Origin: Saccostrea cucullata
Taxonomy: Eukaryota
DNA: 64,000 nucleotides
Direction of reading: 5' to 3'
Assembly (NCBI RefSeq): GCF_032062105.1
Contig: NW_026920581.1
Coordinates: 1,054,001-1,118,000, forward strand
The notes below the pieces were generated by a model that saw only the letters and a program-made list of their open reading frames with translations, made no database searches and was not told the origin of the DNA. The position numbers and the translations under genes are program-made. This document shows positions 1 through 13,826 of this stretch, piece by piece (within the stretch, counting starts at the first letter, position 1; the number at the start of each line of letters is the position of its first letter).

Positions 1-3000
1 ATCACAACAAGATAATGTAACTTTATCACAAAGTATTGTCGATATTATTGATGTCTTATTCAGAAACATATAGAAAGATAATGACCCTATTAAAGTTCAT
101 CTAATAATTATAAACAAACCTACGAATAATTGTAGATAAACCTTAGAAGAACATTAAGTAGGAAAATGAGAACATCTTCAACATGATTTTCATAAAATCA
201 TACTTGAATTAATATTGACCAAGTATGTTTTAAATAGACAGTACTTCAAATAGTACAATGTAATCCACTGCAGTTTAGTTATATCTTTATTTAAAAGGAG
301 AATTAATTAGCTTGCAACTATTAGAACTCAACTCAACACAAAAGTTCCTCTGGGTGTTTCGCATATACCCAATCAGATTTTGATATTAACAGATCAGCAA
401 AAGTAACCGTTGTTTTGATGAGAACTCAGCTCTGAGTACTGTTCTAAGGGTAAATTCCGTTATCCTTCTTGGTATCAATATCTGTATCAATCTAAAAATT
501 TCTACCCATCAGTCAAACACAAGAATTCTATCTATATATATATCTAAACTAGTGGTTTTTACCAAAGAAAAAAAAAACCAGATATACGGTACAACTCATA
601 TAAGTAATCACTGCATTGTTAATTTGGATTCTTATCAAAGACAACAGGCCTACCAGAAAATATGAGTAAAATATTCTATTCAGTTTATTTTTCAAATCCC
701 TTTAAAAAGAAAACTGAACTAGAAAAATAGTCAGTTTCAACCTTATTTTCCATAAAATCAATAAAAACAAAATTGAATGTCATGATTTTGACTTCAACAT
801 TGCATTCTTGTCCAGTGCAATTCTTATCAAGATAATCTGTTACAGTAGTAATTCTCATCCGAATAAAGAAATTTATGAATCGGTCAAAGACAAGTGTTCA
901 TTTCATCTGGAGGATTTCGCTTACCCAAAATAGTTGTTGAAAAAATAGAAATAGGTTACTTTATCGAAAAGTCCTTCGATAAATTTTTGATTGTTAATTT
1001 TCATTCATGCAAAAGAGAACAAATATTTAGAAATTGCGAATAAAAAAAAATCCCCATTAATTAAAAAAAATTTCTGGAACACAAAATAAGAAAGGTGTTG
1101 ACTGCAGTAAAATTATTGTTAGGATACTCTTTGAAATAAAAAAAATCCACTCATCAGTCAAAGTCAAGTTTCCCTATCTTCGGAATGTTTTGCGCATACC
1201 AAAACTTATAATAAATATGTAACTTTGTCGAAATGTCTTTCGACACAAATACTGATGGTTAATTTTGATTCCTATAACAGAAAACATTAAAGAAAATGTG
1301 AATTTAAAAAAAAACAAAACAATTATTCACTTCAAGTTTTTTTTTTAAATTCAGAAATAGAAATAGTGTGGATTTTCAATCATATTTCGAATTCAGTTAC
1401 AAATTGACTAAGTTTATTTTGATTGGTCAATTTGTAAGGCATTACAACGTGTTTCTTTGTATTGCAGCAGAGTGCAGTATTTTAAACAAGCACAATTATT
1501 ACACTTGTCAGTGTAATGGAGATATTCCCCCACCATCCACCCTTCAAAGGCAGCCTTTATATACATTTTTCCTTTGCGACTGAAAGTAAGTTGTAAAATT
1601 TGCATAATGTGTGTTTGTTACAAAGTTCGATAACTCAAATTATGGCCCTTTGACCAACGTAGATAAAACGATCTTTGCTCTCTGCTTTATATTATGCAAA
1701 TGTTCAGTCAATGCTTACAGGCGGCAAGTTTGTAAACTATATAAGACTTCATAGAGTCTTTTCCAGGATGAACAAGTGTCAATGGCAGAGTGACTAAGAG
1801 AATTGTCACTTGTAAAGTTTGGTGTTAATGTGAGTTTATCTCACTAAACAAGGCTTGCCCTATAAAAAGCAGACTTTAGAAAGCGCGTATGATTGTTCTA
1901 AATTGAAATCGGCGCTTTGTATTATTGTGTCTCGGAAATGTTATTCATTTGTCAAACAAGAATGCCCATTTCTATGACTGTTTTGCATACCCCAATAAGG
2001 CATCACAGCAAGATGATGTAACTTCAATCATCACAAAGTATTGTCGAATTTATTGATGTCTTATTCAGAAACATATAGAAAGATAGCGACCCTATTAAAG
2101 TTCATCTAATAATTATAAACAAACCTACGAATAATTGTAGATAAATCTTTGAAGAACATTAAGTAGGAAAATGAGAACATCTTCAACATGATTTTCATAA
2201 AATCATACTTGAATTAATATTGACCAAGTATGTTTTAAATAGACAGTACTTCAAATAGTACAATGTAATGCACTGCAGTTTAGTTATATCTTTATTTAAA
2301 AGGAGAATTAATTAGCTTGCAACTATTAGAACTCAACTCAACACAAAAGTTCCTCTGGGTGTTTCGCATATACCCAATCAGATTTTGATATTAACAGATC
2401 AGCAAAAGTAACCGTTGTTTTGATGAGAACTCAGCTCTGAGTACTGTTCTAAGAGTAAATTCCGTTATCCTTCTTGGTATCAATATCTGTATCAATCTAA
2501 AAATTTCTACCCATCAGTCAAACACAAGAATTCTATCTATATATATATCTAAACTAGTGGTTTTTACCAAAGAAAAAAACCAGATATACGGTACAACTCA
2601 TATAAGTAATCACTGCATTGTTAATTTGGATTCTTATCAAAGACAACAGGCCTACCAGAAAATATGAGTAAAATATTCTATTCAGTTTGTTTTTCAAATC
2701 CCTTTAAAAAGAAAACTGAACTAGAAAAATAGTCAGTTTCAACCTTATTTTCCATAAAATCAATAAAAACAAAATTGAATGTCATGATTTTGACTTCAAC
2801 ATTGCATTCTTGTCCAGTGCAATTCTTATCAAGATAATCTGTTACAGTAGTAATTCTCATCCGAATAAAGAAATTTATGAATCGGTCAAAAACAAGTGTT
2901 CATTTCATCTGGAGGATTTCGCTTACCCAAAATAGTTGTTCGATGAAAAAATAGAAATAGGTTACTTTATCGAAAAGTCCTTCAATAAATTTTTGATTGT

Positions 3001-6000
3001 TAATTTTCATTCATGCAAAAGAGAACAAATATTTAGAAATTGCGAATAAAAAAAAAATCCCCATTAATTAAAAAAAATTTCTGGAACACAAAATAAGAAA
3101 GGTGTTGATTGCAGTAAAATTATTGTTAGGATACTCTTTGAAATAAAAAAAAATCCACTCATCAGTCAAAGTCAAGTTTCCCTTTCTTCGGAATGTTTTG
3201 CGCATACCAAAACTTATAATAAATATGTAACTTTGTCGAAATGTCTTTCGACACAAATACTGATGGTTAATTTTGATTCCTATAACAGAAAACAAATGTG
3301 AATTTAAAAAAAAACAAAACAATTATTCACTTCAAGTTTTTTTTTTAAATTCAGAAATAGAAATAGTGTGGATTTTCAATCATATTTCGAATTCAGTTAC
3401 AAATTCAAATTGACTGATTGGTCAATTTGCAAGGCATTACAACGTGTTGCATTGTATTGCAGCAGAGTGCAGTATCTTAAACAAGCACAATTATTACACT
3501 AGTCAGTGTAATGGAGATATTCCCCCACCATCCACCCTTCAAAGGCAGCCTTTATATACATTTTTCCTTTGCGACTGAAAGTAAGTTGTAAAATTTGCAT
3601 AATGTGTGTTTGTTACAAAGTTCGATAACTCAAATTATGGCCCTTTGACCAACGTAGATAAAGCGATCTTTGCTTTCTGCTTTATATTATGCAAATGTTC
3701 AGTCAATGCTTACAGTCGGTAAGTTTGTAAACTATATAAGACTTCATACAGTCTTTTCCAGGATGAACAAGTGTCAATGGCAGAGTGACTCACAAAATTG
3801 TCACTTGTAAAGTTTGGTGTTAATGTGAGTTTATCTCACTAAACAAGGCTTGCCCTATAAAAACCAGACTTTAGAAAGCGCGTATGATTGTTCTAAATTG
3901 AAATCGGCGCTTTGTATTATTGTGTCTCGGAAATGTTATTCATTTGTCAAAGAAGAATGTCCATTTCTATGACTGTTTTGCATACCCCAATAAGGCATCA
4001 CAACAAGATAATGTAACTTTATCACAAAGTATTGTCGATATTATTGATGTCTTATTCAGAAACATATAGAAAGATAATGACCCTATTAAAGTTCATCTAA
4101 TAATTATAAACAAACCTACGAATAATTGTAGATAAACCTTAAAAGAACATTAAGTAGGAAAATGAGAACATCTTCAACATGATTTTCATAAAATCATACT
4201 TGAATTAATATTGACCAAGTATGTTTTAAATAGACAGTACTTCAAATAGTACAATGTAATGCACTGCAGTTTAGTTATATCTTTATTTAAAAGGAGAATT
4301 AATTAGCTTGCAACTATTAGAACTCAACTCAACACAAAAGTTCCTCTGGGTGTTTCGCATATACCCAATCAGATTTTGATATTAACAGATCAGCAAAAGT
4401 AACCGTTGTTTTGATGAGAACTCAGCTCTGAGTACTGTTCTAAGGGTAAATTCCGTTATCCTTCTTGGTATCAATATCTGTATCAATCTAAAACATTTCT
4501 ACCCATCAGTCAAACACAAGAATTCTATCTATATATATATCTAAACTAGTGGTTTTTACCAAAGAAAAAAAACAGATATACGGTACAACTCATATAAGTA
4601 ATCACTGCATTGTTAATTTGGATTCTTATCAAAGACAACAGGCCTACCAGAAAATATGAGTAAAATATTCTATTCAGTTTGTTTTTCAAATCCCTTTAAA
4701 AAGAAAACTGAACTAGAAAAATAGTCAGTTTCAACCTTATTTTCCATAAAATCAATAAAAACAAAATTGAATGTCATGATTTTGACTTCAACATTGCATT
4801 CTTGTCCAGTGCAATTCTTATCAAGATAATCTGTTACAGTAGTAATTCTCATCTGAATAAAGAAATTTATGAATCGGTCAAGGACAAGTGTTCATTTCAT
4901 CTGGAGGATTTCGCTTACCCAAAATAGTTGTTGAAAAAATAGAAATAGGTTACTTTATCGAAAAGTCCTTCGATAAATTTTTGATTGTTAATTTTCATTC
5001 ATGCAAAAGAGAACAAATATTTAGAAATTGCGAATAAAAAAAAATCCCCATTAATTAAAAAAAAATTTCTGGAACACAAAATAAGAAAGGTGTTGATTGC
5101 AGTAAAATTATTGTTAGGATACTCTTTGAAATAAAAAAAAATCCACTCATCAGTCAAAGTCAAGTTTCCCTTTCTTCGGAATGTTTTGCGCATACCAAAA
5201 TTTTTCATCAGTACGTAACTTTGTCGAAATGTCTTTGGACACAAATACTAATGGTTAATTTTGATTCCTATAACAGAGAACAAATATGAATTTTAAAAAA
5301 AAACAAAACAATTATTCACTTCAAGTTTTTTTTAAAAATTCAGAAATAGAAATCGTGTGGATTTTCAATCAGATTTCGAATTCAGTTACAAATTGACTAA
5401 GTTTATTTTGATTGGTCAATTTGCAAGGCATTACAACGTGTTGCATTGTATTGCAGCAGAGTGCAGTATCTTAAAGAAGCACAATTATTACACATGTCAG
5501 TGTAATGGAGATATTCCCCCACCATCCACCCTTCAAAGGCAGCCTTTATATACATTTTTCCTTTGCGACTGAAAGTAAGTTGTAAAATTTGCATAATGTG
5601 TGTTTGTTACAAAGTTCGATAACTCAAATTATGGCCCTTTGACCAACGTAGATAAAACGATCATTGCTTTCTGCTTTATATTATGCAAATGTTCAGACAA
5701 TGCTTACAGTCGGCAAGTTTGTAAACTATATAAGACTTCATACAGTCTTTTCCAGGATGAACAAGTGTCAATGGCAGAGTGACTTACAAAATTGTCACTT
5801 GTAAAGTTTGGTGTTAATGTGAGTTTATCTCACTAAACAAGGCTTGCCCTATAAAAACCAGACTTTAGAAAGCGCGTATGATTGTTCTAAATTGAAGTCG
5901 GCGCTTTGTATTATTGTGTCTCGGAAATGTTATTCGTTTGTCAAAGAAGAATGTCCATTTCTATGACTGTTTTGCATACCCCAATAAGGCATCACAACAA

Positions 6001-9000
6001 GATAATGTAACTTTATCACAAAGTATTGTCGATATTATTGATGTCTTATTCAGAAACATATAGAAAGATAATGACCCTATTAAAGTTCATCTAATAATTA
6101 TAAACAAACCTACGAATAATTGTAGATAAACCTTAGAAGAACATTAAGTAGGAAAATGAGAACATCTTCAACATGATTTTCATAAAATCATACTTGAATT
6201 AATATTGACCAAGTATGTTTTAAATAGACAGTACTTCAAATAGTACAATGTAATCCACTGCAGTTTAGTTATATCTTTATTTAAAAGGAGAATTAATTAG
6301 CTTGCAACTATTAGAACTCAACTCAACACAAAAGTTCCTCTGGGTGTTTCGCATATACCCAATCAGATTTTGATATTAACAGATCAGCAAAAGTAACCGT
6401 TGTTTTGATGAGAACTCAGCTCTGAGTACTGTTCTAAGGGTAAATTCCGTTATCCTTCTTGGTATCAATATCTGTATCAATCTAAAACATTTCTACCCAT
6501 CAGTCAAACACAAGAATATTCTATCTATATATATATCTAAACTAGTGGTTTTTACCAAAGAAAAAAACCAGATATACGGTACAACTCATATAAGTAATCA
6601 CTGCATTGTTAATTTGGATTCTTATCAAAGACAACAGGCCTACCAGAAAATATGAGTAAAATATTCTATTCAGTTTGTTTTTCAAATCCCTTTAAAAAGA
6701 AAACTGAACTAGAAAAATAGTCAGTTTCAACCTTATTTTCCATAAAATCAATAAAAACAAAATTGAATGTCATGATTTTGACTTCAACATTGCATTCTTG
6801 TCCAGTGCAATTCTTATCAAGATAATCTGTTACAGTAGTAATTCTCATCCGAATAAAGAAATTTATGAATCGGTCAAAGACAAGTGTTCATTTCATCTGG
6901 AGGATTTCGCTTACCCAAAATAGTTGTTGAAAAAATAGAAATAGGTTACTTTATCGAAAAGTCCTTCGATAAATTTTTGATTGTTAATTTTCATTCATGC
7001 AAAAGAGAACAAATATTTAGAAATTGCGAATAAAAAAAATCCCCATTAATTAAAAAAAAATTTCTGGAACACAAAATAAGAAAGGTGTTGATTGCAGTAA
7101 AATTATTGTTAGGATACTCTTTGAAATAAAAAAGAATCCACTCATCAGTCAAAGTCAAGTTTCCCTTTCTTCGGAATGTTTTGCGCATACCAAAACTTAT
7201 AATAAATATGTAACTTTGTCGAAATGTCTTTTGACACAAATACTGATGGTTAATTTTGATTCCTATAACAGAAAACAAATGTGAATTTAAAAAAAAACAA
7301 AACAATTATTCACTTCAAGTTTTTTTTAAAAATTCAGAAATAGAAATAGTGTGGATTTTCAATCATTTTTCGAATTCAGTTACAAATTGACTAAGTTTAT
7401 TTTGATTGGTCAATTTGCAAAGCATTACAACGTGTTGCATTGTATTGCAGCAGAGTGCAGTATCTTAAACAAGCACAATTATTACACTAGTCAGTGTAAT
7501 GGAGATATTCCCCCACCATCCACCCTTCAAAGGCAGCCTTTATATACATTTTTCCTTTGCGACTGAAAGTAAGTTGTAAAATTTGCATAATGTGTGTTTG
7601 TTACAAAGTTCGATAACTCAAATTATGGCCCTTTGAACAACGTAGATAAAACGATCTTTGCTTTCTGCTTTATATTATGCAAATGTTCAGTCAATGCTTA
7701 CAGTCGGCAAGTTTGTAAACTATATAAGACTTCATAGAGTCTTTTCCAGGATGAACAAGTGTCAATGGCAGAGTGACTAAGAGAATTGTCACTTGTAAAG
7801 TTTGGTGTTAATGTAAGTTTATCTCACTAAACAAGGCTTGCCCTATAAAAAGCAGACTTTAGAAAGCGCGTATGATTGTTCTAAATTGAAATCGGCGCTT
7901 TGTATTAATGTGTCTCGGAAATGTTATTCATTTGTCAAACAAGAATGCCCATTTCTATGACTGTTTTGCATACCCCAATAAGGCATCACAGCAAGATGAT
8001 GTAACTTCAATCATCACAAAGTATTGTCGAATTTATTGATGTCTTATTCAGAAACATATAAAGATAATGACCCTAAAAGTTCATCTAATAATTATAAACA
8101 AACCTACAATAATTTATAAATTAGAAGAACATTAAGTAGGAAAATTAGAACCCTTCAACATTTTCATAAAATCATACTTCAATTAATATTGACAAGTATT
8201 TTTTAAATAGACAGTTTCAAATGTTACAATGTAATCCACCAAAAATATTTAAAAGGAGAATTAATTGTGTAATTACTCAATCAACACAAAAGTTCCCTGG
8301 GTGTTTGTTAAAAGATTTTGATATTAACAGATCAGCAAAAGTAATTTCATATGTTTTTGTTCTAAGGGTAAATTCCATTTATTTAATTTATCAATATCTC
8401 AATCTAAAACATTTCTACCCATCAGTCAAACACAAAAATTCTATCTATATATATATTAAAATGTTTTTACCGTGTATGAAAAAAACCAGATATACGTACA
8501 ACTCATATAAGTAATCACTGCATTGTTAATGGTCCAAAGACAACAGGCCTACCAGAAAATATAGTAAAATAAAGTTTGTTTTTCAAATCCCTTTAAAAAG
8601 AAAACTGAATTATTTATTATTTTCCATAAAATCAATAAAAACAAAATTGAATGTCATGATTTTGACTTCAACATTGCATTCTTGTCCAGTGCAATTCTTA
8701 TTAAAAATTGTTACAGTAGATTTTCTGAATAAATAAATTTATGAATCGGTCAGACAAGTGTTCATTTCATCTGGAGGATTTCTTACCCAAAATAGTTGTT
8801 CGATGAAAAAATAGAAATAGGTTACTTTATCGAAAAGGCTTATAAATTTTTGATTGTTAATTTTCATTCATGCAAAAGAGAACAAATATTTAGAAATTGC
8901 TAATAAAAAAATCCCCATTAATTAAAAAAAATTTCTGGAACACAAAATAAGAAAGGTGTTGATTGCAGTAAAATTATTGTTAGGATACTCTTTGAAATTA

Positions 9001-11350
9001 AAAATTAATCAAAGTCTCTTTCTTAATTATCCAAATTAATAGAAACAAACTTTGGAAATGTCTGGGGACACAAATACTAATGGTTAATTTTGATTCCTAT
9101 AACAGAAAACAAATTGAATTTAAAAAAAAACAAAACAATTATTCACTTCAAGTTTTTTTTAAAAAAGTCATCCACATTTCAACATATTTAATTCAGTTAC
9201 AAATTGACTAAGTTTATTTTGATTGGTCAATTTGCAAGGCATTACAACGTGAGCGCTTTTCCAGCAGCAGAATTAAACAAGCACAATTATTACACTGTCA
9301 GTGTAATGGAATAACCTCCACCCTTCAAAAGCCTTTATATTTTTTTAATTTTGTGTAAGTTGTAAAATTTGCATAATGTGTGTTTGTTACAAAGTTCGAT
9401 GATCAAATTATGGCCCTTTGCAAGTAGGATAAAAATCTTTGTATCTGCTTTATATTATGCAAATTTTCAATGCTTACAGGCGGCAAGTTTGTAAACTATA
9501 TCTTCTGCATTTTGTGTTAAAGTCCATTAATATAATTATATTAAGTGAAAAAAAATATTTTACTTCTTTTAATCCTGTTAAGTTTTAAATTTATATTGTC
9601 TGAAGCAGTGTAAAACAAAAACTTACGTGAGGACTTAGAAATTTTGATTAGTATAGAAAGATAGCGACCCTATTAAAGTTCATCTAATAATTATAAACAA
9701 ACCTACGAATAATTGTAGATAAATCTTTGAAGAACATTAAGTAGGAAAATGAGAACATCTTCAACATGATTTTCATAAAATCATACTTGAATTAATATTG
9801 ACCAAGTATGTTTTAAATAGACAGTACTTCAAACAGTACAATGTAATGCACTGCAGTTCAGTTATATCTTTATTTAAAAGGAGAATTAATTAGCTTGCAA
9901 CTATTAGAACTCAACTCAACACAAAAGTTCCTCTGGGTGTTTCGCATATACCCAATCAGATTTTGATATTAACAGATCAGCAAAAGTAACCGTTGTTTTG
10001 ATGAGAACTCAGCTCTGAGTACTGTTCTAAGAGTAAATTCCGTTATCCTTCTTGGTATCAATATCTGTATCAATCTAAAAAATTTCTACCCATCAGTCAA
10101 ACACAAGAATTCTATCTATATATATCTAAACTAGTGGTTTTACCAAAGAAAAAAAAAACAGATATACGGTACAACTCATATAAGTAATCACTGGATTGTT
10201 AATTTGGATTCTTATTAAAGACAACAGGCCTACCAGAAAATATGAGTAAAATATTCTATTCAGTTTATTTTTCAAATGCCTTTAAAAAGAAAACTGAACT
10301 AGAAAAATAGTCAGTTTCAACCTTATTTTCAATAAAATCAATAAAAACAAAATTGAATGTCATGATTTTGACTTCAACATTGCATTCTTGTCCAGTGCAA
10401 TTCTTATCAAGATAATCTGTTACAGTAGTAATTCTCATCCGAATAAAGAAATTTATGAATCGGTCAAAAACAAGTGTTCATTTCATCTGGAGGATTTCGC
10501 CTACCCAAAATAGTTGTTCGATGAAAAAATAGAAATAGGTTACTTTATCGAAAAGTCCTTCGATAAATTTTTGATTGTTAATTTTCATTCATACAAAAGA
10601 GAACAAATATTTAGAAATTGCGAATAAAAAAAAAATCCCCATTAATTAAAAAAAATTTCTTGAACACAAAAAAAGAAAAGTGTTGATTGCAGTAAAATTA
10701 TTTTTAGGATACTCTTCGAAATAAAAAAAAATCCACTCATCACTCAAAGTCAAGTTTTTCTTTCTTCGGAATGTTTTGCGCGTACCAAAACTTATCATCA
10801 ATACGTAACTTTGTCAAAAAGTCTTTCGACACAAATACTGATGGTTAATTTTGATTCCTATAAAAGAGAAGAAACATTAAAGAAAATGTGAATTTAAAAA
10901 AAAAACAATTATTCACTTCAAGTTTAATCACTTCAAGTTTTTTTTAAAATTCAGAAATAGAAATAGTGTGGATTTTCAATCATTTTTCGAATTCAGTTGC
11001 AAATTGACTAAGTTTATTTTGATTGGTCAATTTGCAAAGCATTACAACGTGTTGCATTGTATTGCAGCAGAGTGCAGTATCTTAAACAAGCACAATTATT
11101 ACACTAGTCAGTGTAATGGAGATATTCCCCCACCATCCTCCCTTCAAAGGCAGCCTTTATATACATTTTTCCTTTGCGACTGAAAGTAAGTTGTAAAATT
11201 TGCATAATGTGTGTTTGTTACAAAGTTCGATAACTCAAATTATGGCCCTTTGAACAACGTAGATAAAACGATCTTTGCTTTCTGCTTTATATTATGCAAA
11301 TGTTCAGTCAATGCTTACAGGCGGCAAGTTTGTAAACTATATAAGACTTC
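1..11350. repeat. ~2.0-kb tandem repeat array (macrosatellite), ~5.7 monomers in window, open at the left edge
   Basis: Monomer start ATCACARCAAGAT at 1, 2002, 3997, 5991, 7985 (periods 2001/1995/1994/1994). Near-identical copies give recurring short ORFs (MDFQS..., MRITTVTDY...). Monomer 5 is riddled with deletions; clean sequence resumes at ~9652. Confidence 0.97.
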
Positions 11351-12166
11351 AGAGAGATTTCCAGAATAATCAAGTGCAGAGTCAGATTAATTAACAGTAT
11401 TGTCGCGTGTGAAGTTTTGTGTCAATGTGAGTTTATCTCACTAAACAAGTACTGATACAGAAAAAGCAGTATTGAATATCGCATTTGATTGGTCTGTATT
11501 TGAATCGACGATAGAGTCGTATAAACTTTATTCATTTGTCAAACAAGAGCGTCCATTTGTTTTGACTGTTTTACATACCCCAACAAGGCATCACAGCAAC
11601 AAAATGTAACTTTATTATAAAGTATTTTGTCGATATTATTGATTCCTAATTCAGATATAAAGTAAGAGAGCTACCCTATTAAAGTTTCTCTAATAATTGT
11701 AAACAAAACTATGAATAATTGTAAATAAACCCTGTATAGGAAAATGAGTACATTTTTAGCTTTCTTTTCATAAAATCATGCTTGAAATACCGGTAATGTT
11801 GACCAAGTATGTTTTAAATAGACAGTACCTCAAGCAGTCCTCAACTCACCACAAAATTTCCTCTGGATGTTTAGCCAATACCCTATCAGACTTCGATATT
11901 AAAAATTCAGCAAAAAATATAGTTGTTTTGATGAGACCTCAGCTCTAATTATAAGATTAAATCCCGTTTTTCTTCTTGGTGAATATCTGCATCATTTTCA
12001 AAAACAAGAATTCTGTCTTTATATCTGAACTAGTGGTTAGACCAAAGAAAAAAGTCCAGATATACAGTATATCATATTAGTCTCGACATAACTACTAGAT
12101 TGTTAATTTGGATTCATATCAAAGACAAGAGGCATACCAGAAAACGTTAATAAAATATTCCATTCA
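11351..12166. repeat. Diverged terminal partial monomer of the 2-kb array
   Basis: Colinear with the monomer (e.g. aaggcatcacagcaac at ~11585, gaccaagtatgttttaaatagacagtac at ~11801) but with many substitutions and indels; ends at the transposon insertion at 12167. Confidence 0.9.
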
Positions 12167-12498
12167 GGCCGGAATTAAAAATATCTTTGTTTCCCCTAAC
12201 CCGACCCTAAATTCTCAAGTTGGGTCGGTAGGTAGGTAAACAATTTTATTTTCTGAAGCAGCTTTGAAAATACATTCGAAAATTTAATGAAAAATTACCT
12301 TTCAAAATAAGAAAAGTACAAAAGAAAGCGATTTGTGATCAAAGTGCTACGTATCATACATATGCCGTTTAAAAGCAGAATTCATGATTAATTAATTCAC
12401 AACTGTTATTTTACATTTATATAATTTGAATAAAATAGACAAGATTGTCAAAAACGGAAAGACCAGACATACGAGTATATACCAATGTACTTGTTTGA

Positions 12499-12770
12499 GG
12501 GCAATGAGACTTGCAGTGGTTCTGGAGCATTTTGCTTTGGAGTTAAATCGCAGGTTCAAATCCCAATGAGTAACGTTGAAAACGGTCCTTCAAAGGAGAC
12601 CATAGAAACTTATGCCCAGTGTCGCAGAAGATGCTGGCTCAAGAAAGATCCCCCACTGCTTAATGGCAAAAAAGTGCCGAGTAGGTCTAAAGTTGGAGCA
12701 ATGGGGAAATGCTTAAATGTCGTCCTAACAAATCTCGAAGGGATTAAAAGCAAAGAAACAACCAATCTTC
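12499..12770 (+). mobile_element. Diverged full-length tRNA-derived SINE with Deu/Nin-type core, nested in the Harbinger-like element
   Basis: A-box-like GCAGTGGTT..AGC, B-box GGTTCAAATCCC (12553-12564), core GGAGACC..AAAC...AAAGATCCC, A/C-rich tail. Homologous to the minus-strand copy at ~52.5-52.8 kb. Confidence 0.65.
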
Positions 12771-13173
12771 AAGGGCCCAGTTAAAGAAAAATACACTGGA
12801 CGTCTCAGGAAGCTGAATCCTAATTTCAAAACTATTTGGAAAGAGTATGTTAACAATATTTAATTGAACCAAACCAAATCTACAAATTATGAAAATGCTA
12901 TATACAATGTCATAGTCACGAAGTTTAACCACTAAATAAAGGCAGGAAGAAAGGACATCTGAATTATATTTATCAGGATGAATATGTAGGCATATTTACA
13001 ACAACTTCTATAGTTCCATAATGACATATAGTAAACATAGGAACAAGATGAACTAGATATTAGATCAAAACTCAAATAAAATAAAATGCAGTGAAATTGA
13101 AGGATGTGTTCACTAGTTGGGCCCCTCATCAGGCGGGCCTTACCGTGTATCATGTACCTTAAATTCAAAGACA

Positions 13174-13234
13174 GATTTGTTTGTTTGTTGTTTAACGTCC
13201 CTTTCGAAAATTTATTCACTCACATGGAGACGCC
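13174..13234 (-). mobile_element. 5'-truncated SINE 3' tail
   Basis: TTGTTTGTT...GTTTAACGTCCC..CGAAAATTTATTCACTCACATGGAGACGCCA matches the tails at 15403 and 52545; possible short TSD AAGACA. Confidence 0.6.
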
Positions 13235-13826
13235 AAGACACCTCCGAAACAATCTTAATTAGTCATGGTAAATTTTATCATCGAATTGTTTCAAGAGAAA
13301 AGAATTCCAATTGGCTAAAACCATAAGACTGAGACATCGCCATTGTTTTATGAAGAGCTAATGCCCACATCTGGACGTTTCCAACAAATGCTTGAAAAAT
13401 TACAGTAGAAAAATGTCGGCCGTTCTGATAAAAACTGATTTTGATGAAATTGTATTTTATAAAACCTGGTTAACAATAAAAAAAATATTTGAATCATCTT
13501 ATTTAAAAAAATATTTTCAGTCGATGCGATTTAGTTGGGTCGGTCGTGTTAGGGGAAACAAAGGTATTTTTTATTTTAGCCTCAGTCTGGGCTTTTTCCC
13601 AAACATGTCTTGTTATTTTTCCAGTGTCATGTGTTCTGGAGGACATTTTGGTCAGTTTCATTGGTGAACTGAAATAAAATAGAATCCTTTCGAGAATTAA
13701 GTCATTTCCTGTTTCAAATATAAAGAGCTTTTATGCATTTTGTCGATAAAATCAGTAAATTATTGACATGTAATGATTCACGAATCCAGATTTCAACAGT
13801 TATCAAACCCAAAGGTCCTTTGGAGC

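Larger units (their letters stand above)
12167..13581. mobile_element. Non-autonomous DNA transposon, PIF/Harbinger-like (3-bp TSD TCA)
   Basis: Left end GGCCGGAATTAAAAATATCTTTGTTTCCCCTAAC; reverse complement of right end GGCTAAAATAAAAAATACCTTTGTTTCCCCTAAC; TCA at 12164-12166 and 13582-13584. No transposase ORF. Superfamily inferred from GG termini and TNA target. Confidence 0.8.

Noticed and set aside
1145-1180. Minus-strand GAAAC...CTGATGA in each 2-kb monomer (hammerhead ribozyme core?)
   Set aside because: No stem II complementarity, no NUH cleavage triplet, and no room for stems I and III.
1-2001. 5S rRNA, snRNA, tRNA or histone gene as the unit of the 2-kb array
   Set aside because: No recognisable conserved sequence of these genes by eye; an Infernal/Rfam scan would be decisive.
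1368-11183. Recurring 60-104 aa ORFs in the tandem array as real genes
   Set aside because: Short, several start at non-ATG codons, disrupted in some copies, no motifs; they recur because of the repeat.
12485-12784. 99-aa ORF as a transposase
   Set aside because: Coincides with a SINE; no DDE or Myb features.
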